This document shows, piece after piece, positions 58,203-64,000 of a DNA stretch of 64,000 nucleotides. Both the position numbers and the translations under genes were made by a program. The stretch covers positions 410,942 to 474,941 of the forward strand of contig CAWEWF010000006.1 in assembly GCA_963812605.1 (NCBI GenBank). The letters run 5' to 3'. The stretch comes from an uncultured Verrucomicrobiae bacterium. Its GTDB lineage: Bacteria; Verrucomicrobiota; Verrucomicrobiia; Palsa-1439. The notes under the pieces were generated by a model. That model was not told where the DNA came from, did no database searches, and was given only the letters and a program-made list of their open reading frames with translations. The stretch's first letter is position 1, and each line of letters opens with the position of its first letter.

Positions 58203-60441
58203 ATAAACTTCGGCAACTGCCGCTGGGCGCACAGGTGTTGCTCACCTTCGGAACGCTCTGTGCCATCCTCCTGATCATCGGCGGGTTGTTTTTTTTAGCC
58301 TGCGAGCCATCGAGCGCGGTAATCAAGTGCAGCAATCGCGCGCGCTGAATAAACTGGCTGTAATTGATGACGCGGCGCAGGACGTTGAGCAGATGCAAGC
58401 CGAAGTCCTTCGGGAGATCCTGGCGACTGACCTGGAGGAGATCAAGCGTCTTGATCAAACCGTTCGCGATACAGAAAGAATCAACGCCAAGGAACTCGTC
58501 GCTTATCAAAGGTTCGTTGATACGGCAAAGGAAAAACAGCTTTACGATAGCGTCCTCCAGGCGCGAAAAGCGTATTGGGAGCAGACGGAAACGGTCCTGA
58601 CGTTCGGCCACGCCAATCGGGATGCCGAAGCGATGGAATCCATCAACGCGAAGCAGGCTCCCGTCTACGATGAATACCTCAAAACAATCAACGAATTGAT
58701 CCAATACGTGGAAACCAGCACGCAAGATACCACCGAAGCCGTGTCTCGTTTCATTTCCCAAATTAGAATCATTGGCGATGCTCTCGCTGGCATTGCCATA
58801 CTCATTGCCATCGGCACCGGTTTCGCCGTGGTGGGAGTCGCCCGCCGACTCGAGGAGGACAACCGCCTTTTGCAGGTCGAAGTCACCGAGCGAAAAGAAG
58901 CGGAAGAAACCTTGCGCGAAAACGAGGAAAAATTTCGCCAGTTGGCGGAGAACATTGCCGACGTTTTCTGGGTGACTTCGCCCGACCTGCAAAAGATTCA
59001 CTACGTCAGCCCCGCTTACGAACAGATTTGGGGTCGTTCGGTGCAAAGCTCCTATACCAACCCGCAGGAGTGGGCCGAAGCGATCTTTCCGGAAGAACGT
59101 GAGCGTGTGTTTGCTACATTCCTCAAGCTGGCGCAGGAACCCAGCGTGAGCACCGAGTTTCATATCACGCGCCCCGACGGCACGGTCCGCTGGATCTTCA
59201 GCCGCGGTTTCCAAGTCCGCGATGCCGCGGGCAAGGTGATTCGCATCACCGGCGTGGCCAGCGACATCACCGAGCGCAAACAGCTCGAAGCCCAGTTATT
59301 TCAATCCCAGAAAATGGAAACGGTCGGCAAACTGGCCGGCGGGATCGCGCATGAGTTTAACAGCATCCTGACCGCGATCATCGGCCGCAGTGAATTGCTG
59401 CTCAGCGATCTTCCCTCCGGCAGTCCGCATTGCGCCAACGCGATCGCCATCCGCAAAGCCGCCGATCTGGCCGCCTCGCTGACGCACCAGCTTTTGGCGT
59501 ACGGTCGCAAGCAAATTCTGCGGTCGGACTCCCTCAATCTCAACCAGATCCTGTCGGGTATGGAAGGCATGTTGCGTCATTTGATGGGCAGCGATGTGGA
59601 CGTGCGCATCGTTCCCGCGGTGGGCCTGCCCGCGGTGAAAGCGGACGCTGGCCAAATTGAGCAGGTTATCATGAACATCGCCATCAACGCCCGTGAAGCG
59701 ATGCGTCATGGCGGCAAGCTCACGCTGGAAACCTCCCCAACCACTCTCGACGAGGAATATGTCCACCGGTTTCCCGAAGTGAAGCCGGGAGATTATGTCA
59801 TGCTCGCCATCTCCGATACCGGCGCCGGCATGAACGAGAAAGTGAAAGCGCATCTCTTCGAGCCGTTTTTCACGACCAAGGGCGTCGGCGAAGGCACGGG
59901 ATTGGGACTGGCCACGTGCCACGGCATCATCAAACAAAGCGGCGGCCACATCAATGTGTACAGCGAACTCGGACGGGGCACCACGTTCAAGGTTTACCTT
60001 CCCCAGGTCGAACAGCGAATGGAAGTTCCCGCTGTAAAGCCGGCGTCGAGGGATCTGCCGACGGGAACCGAAACAATCCTGCTCGTCGAGGATGATCCCT
60101 CGTTGCGTGAGATGGCCAGCCTGTTGTTGCGGCGGTTGGGCTACGCCGTGCTGGCGGCTGCCAATGGGCCCGAAGCCTTGAACCTGACCCACCAACGAGA
60201 CGCGGGGAATATTGACTTGTTGTTCACGGACATCGTCATGCCGCAAATGGACGGCAAAGAATTGTCCGACCGCATTCGCGCCCTGCGTCCGCAAACGAAA
60301 ACGCTCTTTACTTCCGCCTACACGGAAAACGCCGCCATCCACCAAGGAGTGCTGAGTGAGGGTGTCGCGCTCCTGCAAAAGCCCTTCACACCTTCCGCGC
60401 TCGCGCAGAAATTGCGCGCCGTTCTCGATGGTCGTTCCTAA
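58199..60441 (+). CDS. Membrane hybrid histidine kinase (helical sensor, PAS, REC), frameshift in T8 run near 58290
   Basis: GTG start coupled to upstream stop gives the first TM (VLLTFGTLCAILLIIGGLFF), continuing into ORF 58327..60441; GIAHEFN. Confidence 0.88.
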
Positions 60442-60498
60442 ACTGGTTCGTTGAATTCCGCGTTTGCATTTTGAATGCCGAGGCGCTAAGTACAGGCC

Positions 60499-62598
60499 GT
60501 GCAGAATATGTGGCGTCAGGGCTTCAGCTCAGGTATTCGGATTTCTACTCCACGCAAACTTCTCGTTTTGCTACTCACGGGCAGTTGCGCCGGGATTGTT
60601 TTCACGGGAACCGCGCGGGCGCAGACCGGGACGGTTGTCTTCAGCCAGTCGGCTTACACAGCGAACGCCTCGCAAAGCAACGCGGTCATCACGGTCATTT
60701 TCTCGGGCACCACCGACCAGGTAGCCTCAGTCGATTTTTCGACCAGCGACGGCACCGCGATGGCGGGCGTGGCTTACGTCGCCATCTCCAATACCTTGAA
60801 CTTCGCGGGGGGAATCCTCACCAACACCGCCAGTATTCCCCTCTTGAACAATGGCATGGCGGGATCGACGCAGACCGTCAACCTTGCCCTGTCCAATCCC
60901 ACCGGCTCCGCCGTCCTGGGCATTCCGTCGACGGCGGTGCTATCGATTATCAATAATGAAATCGAACAATTGCAGTTTGCGCAGGCGTCGTTCTCGGTGG
61001 ATGACACGGACACGGTTGCGACCATCACGCTGGTCCGGATCGGCGCGACGAACGGGACGGTTACCGTGAATTTCAGCACGAGCGATGGTTCCGCGCTGGC
61101 CGGAGTCGATTACACGATGACCACGGGAACGGTCACGTTTGCGGATGGCGTGCTCACCAATACCGTCACGATCCCGATCTTGCCTCCGGGACCATTGGAA
61201 ACCAATAAGACCGTCAATCTCACGCTGACCACGCCGACGGCCGGCGCCAGCCTGGGTAGTCCCATCCATGCCCAGTTGATCATCATGGCGACGGGGCCGC
61301 AGACCATTCAGTTGAGCGCGGCCGCCTACAATGTCCACGAGCATGTCGGTCGCGCCACGGTCACGGCGATCCGGTTTGGAGATGCCAGCACGCAGGACAC
61401 GGTGAATTACGCCACGAGCGATGGCACGGCCAGCAACGGAGTCGATTATTTCAGCACGAGCGGTACGCTCGTCTTTGCGCCGGGCGCGGCCCGGTCGAGC
61501 TTCAGTTTCTCCATCCAGACATTCAAGACCTTCCAGAGCAACAAGACCGTCAACGTGACATTGTCCAACCCCGTGGGCGCCACCCTCGGAACGCCAACTG
61601 CCGCGGTGGTCACCATCGTCAATGACGAACCGCAGACAATTACTTTCACGAATGCCGGGGGCGGCGTGGTGACGCTGCTGCTGAAATTCGCGGGAACCAT
61701 GTCGCCCGCGCACCTTGAACCCCTCGACCTGACCCTGTCGGCGACGGATAGCGGGAGTATTCTCACCATCAAGGTAAAAAAGAACAAGGGGGGGACCGGT
61801 TCGCTGCAGATTGACCAGATCATTGGTGATGGCGGCTGTCGCCTTATCGACGCTGGGGATTTTGATGTCGTCGGGGCGGGCATCGAATTGGGCGATTACC
61901 TGAAGCAATTGAAGATCCACGACCTGCTCAACGGCGCAGGCATTGTCGCCAACGGCGCGGCCAATCAGAGTACCAGCATCTCGGCCCACGACCTTGACGA
62001 CGGCTGCGCGATCGATCTCGGAAGCCGCCTCAGTAAACTGACAGCGGCGCGCCTTGGCGACGGCGCCACCATCGTCGCACCGGCGATCGGCAGCATTTCG
62101 ATCAAGGGTGACAAACGCAATCTGATTCCGGGTGATTTCCGGGGAAGCATTGCCGCGTCCGGTGATGGCATCGCGACGAATCAGAATGCGCTCGGAAAGC
62201 TCGCAGTGTCGGGCATGATTAGCAACGCCAGTATCGTCGTCACCAACGGCAGCGTTGGCTCGATCAGCGCTTTTCAGATGATTGATTCCACTGTGTACGT
62301 CGGTTACACGCCGACCGATCCAGGCAACCCGTTGGCGAGCGGCACCTTCGTAGCCGACCTGCGCCTCGGCAGCGTGAGCGTCCGTTCGCTGGCCAATGGC
62401 TTTGTGAACAGCGATCTCGCCGCTTCGATCGTCGGCAATGTGAAACTTTCCACCGTCATGGCCCCCAATGGCGGACTCATCTTCGGTGTCGCCGCCAGCC
62501 AGCACGTCGGAGGAGTTACGGTGAAGACTCCTCCCTTCCGCTGGATGTCCAACGGCGCCGACGACCAGTCCCTCGGCGACTTCCACGTCCTGCATTAG
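60499..62598 (+). CDS. Secreted Calx-beta domain protein
   Basis: Three F/L-S...TSDG(T/S)A..GVDY repeats; signal peptide. Confidence 0.85.
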   Translation: MQNMWRQGFSSGIRISTPRKLLVLLLTGSCAGIVFTGTARAQTGTVVFSQSAYTANASQSNAVITVIFSGTTDQVASVDFSTSDGTAMAGVAYVAISNTLNFAGGILTNTASIPLLNNGMAGSTQTVNLALSNPTGSAVLGIPSTAVLSIINNEIEQLQFAQASFSVDDTDTVATITLVRIGATNGTVTVNFSTSDGSALAGVDYTMTTGTVTFADGVLTNTVTIPILPPGPLETNKTVNLTLTTPTAGASLGSPIHAQLIIMATGPQTIQLSAAAYNVHEHVGRATVTAIRFGDASTQDTVNYATSDGTASNGVDYFSTSGTLVFAPGAARSSFSFSIQTFKTFQSNKTVNVTLSNPVGATLGTPTAAVVTIVNDEPQTITFTNAGGGVVTLLLKFAGTMSPAHLEPLDLTLSATDSGSILTIKVKKNKGGTGSLQIDQIIGDGGCRLIDAGDFDVVGAGIELGDYLKQLKIHDLLNGAGIVANGAANQSTSISAHDLDDGCAIDLGSRLSKLTAARLGDGATIVAPAIGSISIKGDKRNLIPGDFRGSIAASGDGIATNQNALGKLAVSGMISNASIVVTNGSVGSISAFQMIDSTVYVGYTPTDPGNPLASGTFVADLRLGSVSVRSLANGFVNSDLAASIVGNVKLSTVMAPNGGLIFGVAASQHVGGVTVKTPPFRWMSNGADDQSLGDFHVLH

Positions 62599-63821
62599 GC
62601 GGTTTGCCAGTTACCGTGTCGGCGCTCGCGGCGGATCACCACCAGGAGCAGTGCCACCCACACCATCAGGGTTGCCCAGCAAGGAGCGCCTACCACCTCC
62701 AGTTGGTGGATGCAAGCGGAAGCCAAAACGACCACGCCAAAAAGCATCAGTGTCCAACAGGTGATTCGCCGCGTCGTATCATCCGGCTCCTCCAGTGCCA
62801 CTGTCATCAACGTTATCAGCGGCAGGAGCAACAGGATGAAATAATGCGTCTCCGAGACCGGCGGCAGCAGCAGCATCCAGGTCACGACGGCGGAACCGAT
62901 CAGCAACTCGGAATCCCGCCCCGTGTTCCGTCCCACCATCCACATGGCTCCGATCATCGCCAGTCCAACGAACACGGTCGTCCCCCGGGCTAACAAGTCG
63001 TTGTTCGTCAAGCGGCTGAGCACGGCAAGCAGAGATTGGTTGCGCGGTCGGTACGGGTTGAGCAATTGATCGTTTAATACGCTCCGCGTCCGTTGAGCTT
63101 CCGCCGCGAGCGCCGGTCGGGCGATGGCTTGCCCCCAACTCTCCCAGTATGCGAGGCTCCTTTTGAAACCGAAAACAGCACCGGGAAGAATCAGACCGAC
63201 AGCAATAACGGTCGCCAGCGTGGCCAGCAGGAACTTCCATTTCCTTCTCCAGGCAAAATATCCAAGCAAGACCAACGGGAAGGCTTTCAACAGAATGGCG
63301 CCGGCCAGGCAGGCGCCGCCCCGCAAGTCGTGACCTTCCCAATGCCAGCAGAAGGCTGCCAGCACCAGCCACATCATCAACACCGAGGCCTGACCGCGTT
63401 CGAGCCCCGACGCGAACCACACCAACAGCAAGACGATGGGTACGACGAACCGAATCAAAAGATGGTTTTCGCCAGGCAAGGCCGATCGCACCGTCCTCAG
63501 GCACAGCAGCAGTGTCCAGATAATCAAAGCCACCGAGATCAGGTACCAGACCAACGCCCCCCAAAACACCGACAGCAGGGCGAAGGGCGCCATGAAAATT
63601 GCAAAGGGCGGCGGGTACACGTACGCCCATCCCCGGACGTTGTGCACTTGATAAATGTCGGTCCCGTCAAGGACCGCCCGGCCAGCCAGTTGGTAAACAG
63701 TGAAATCCGACCTTTGGATTGGTAAAATCGCCGCACGATACACGGTACTGATGCCGAGCCAGATGACGAAAGCCAACGCTATCGTCAGGCAAGCTGCCGT
63801 TCGCCTATTGACCAGCGGCAA
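62595..63821 (-). CDS. GT87 (DUF2029) glycosyltransferase
   Basis: DFTVY, YVYPP.FA, GQ, LKAFP, NQSL, HY. Confidence 0.85.
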   Translation of the reverse strand: MPLVNRRTAACLTIALAFVIWLGISTVYRAAILPIQRSDFTVYQLAGRAVLDGTDIYQVHNVRGWAYVYPPPFAIFMAPFALLSVFWGALVWYLISVALIIWTLLLCLRTVRSALPGENHLLIRFVVPIVLLLVWFASGLERGQASVLMMWLVLAAFCWHWEGHDLRGGACLAGAILLKAFPLVLLGYFAWRRKWKFLLATLATVIAVGLILPGAVFGFKRSLAYWESWGQAIARPALAAEAQRTRSVLNDQLLNPYRPRNQSLLAVLSRLTNNDLLARGTTVFVGLAMIGAMWMVGRNTGRDSELLIGSAVVTWMLLLPPVSETHYFILLLLPLITLMTVALEEPDDTTRRITCWTLMLFGVVVLASACIHQLEVVGAPCWATLMVWVALLLVVIRRERRHGNWQTA

Positions 63822-64000
63822 AACATTCCTTTGGAGAGATCCCGGGTCTTCGATGATCCACGATTGCGCTTGCCATTGTTACGCCCCGCTCCGGGAAATG
63901 AACATGGTATCCGTCTCTCCCGAGAATTTCCAGACCTTAAGACGCTCAGATTGCGGATGTCTTACGAGGGCATTACCATTCTGGTTGCCTTGCGGATTCT

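Noticed and set aside
58289-58296. Phase variation at the T8 tract of the kinase gene
   Set aside because: Indistinguishable from homopolymer sequencing error without reads.
60940-62595. 551-aa minus-strand ORF
   Set aside because: Antisense to the Calx-beta gene and has no recognisable motifs.

Overview
This is GC-rich bacterial chromosomal DNA. The gene content (PEP-CTERM proteins, Calx-beta/malectin surface proteins, TPR membrane proteins) suggests a PVC-superphylum organism, probably Verrucomicrobiota (inference). In order, it holds: secretin genes plus a sigma-54 two-component pair; a xylA-araA-araB-araD-eda pentose operon; GH16 and PEP-CTERM surface genes; an Flp pilin; glnII; a GH88/flavin-oxidoreductase cluster; a giant poly-HAMP hybrid kinase; tRNA-Asn; recR/ybaB/dnaX; a long (Alu-domain) SRP RNA; tRNA-Thr; and a histidine-kinase cluster. 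About a dozen genes, including dnaX, carry single-base frameshifts that look like long-read consensus errors. The most striking feature is a tRNA-Asn-anchored cassette array at 43.2-47.1 kb, with outlying copies at 25.9-28.3 kb. Unrelated single genes are separated by a conserved two-part junction: a promoter-like box plus a tRNA-3'-end-like att motif. Some cassettes still carry decayed integron attC sites, yet no integrase is present in the window.
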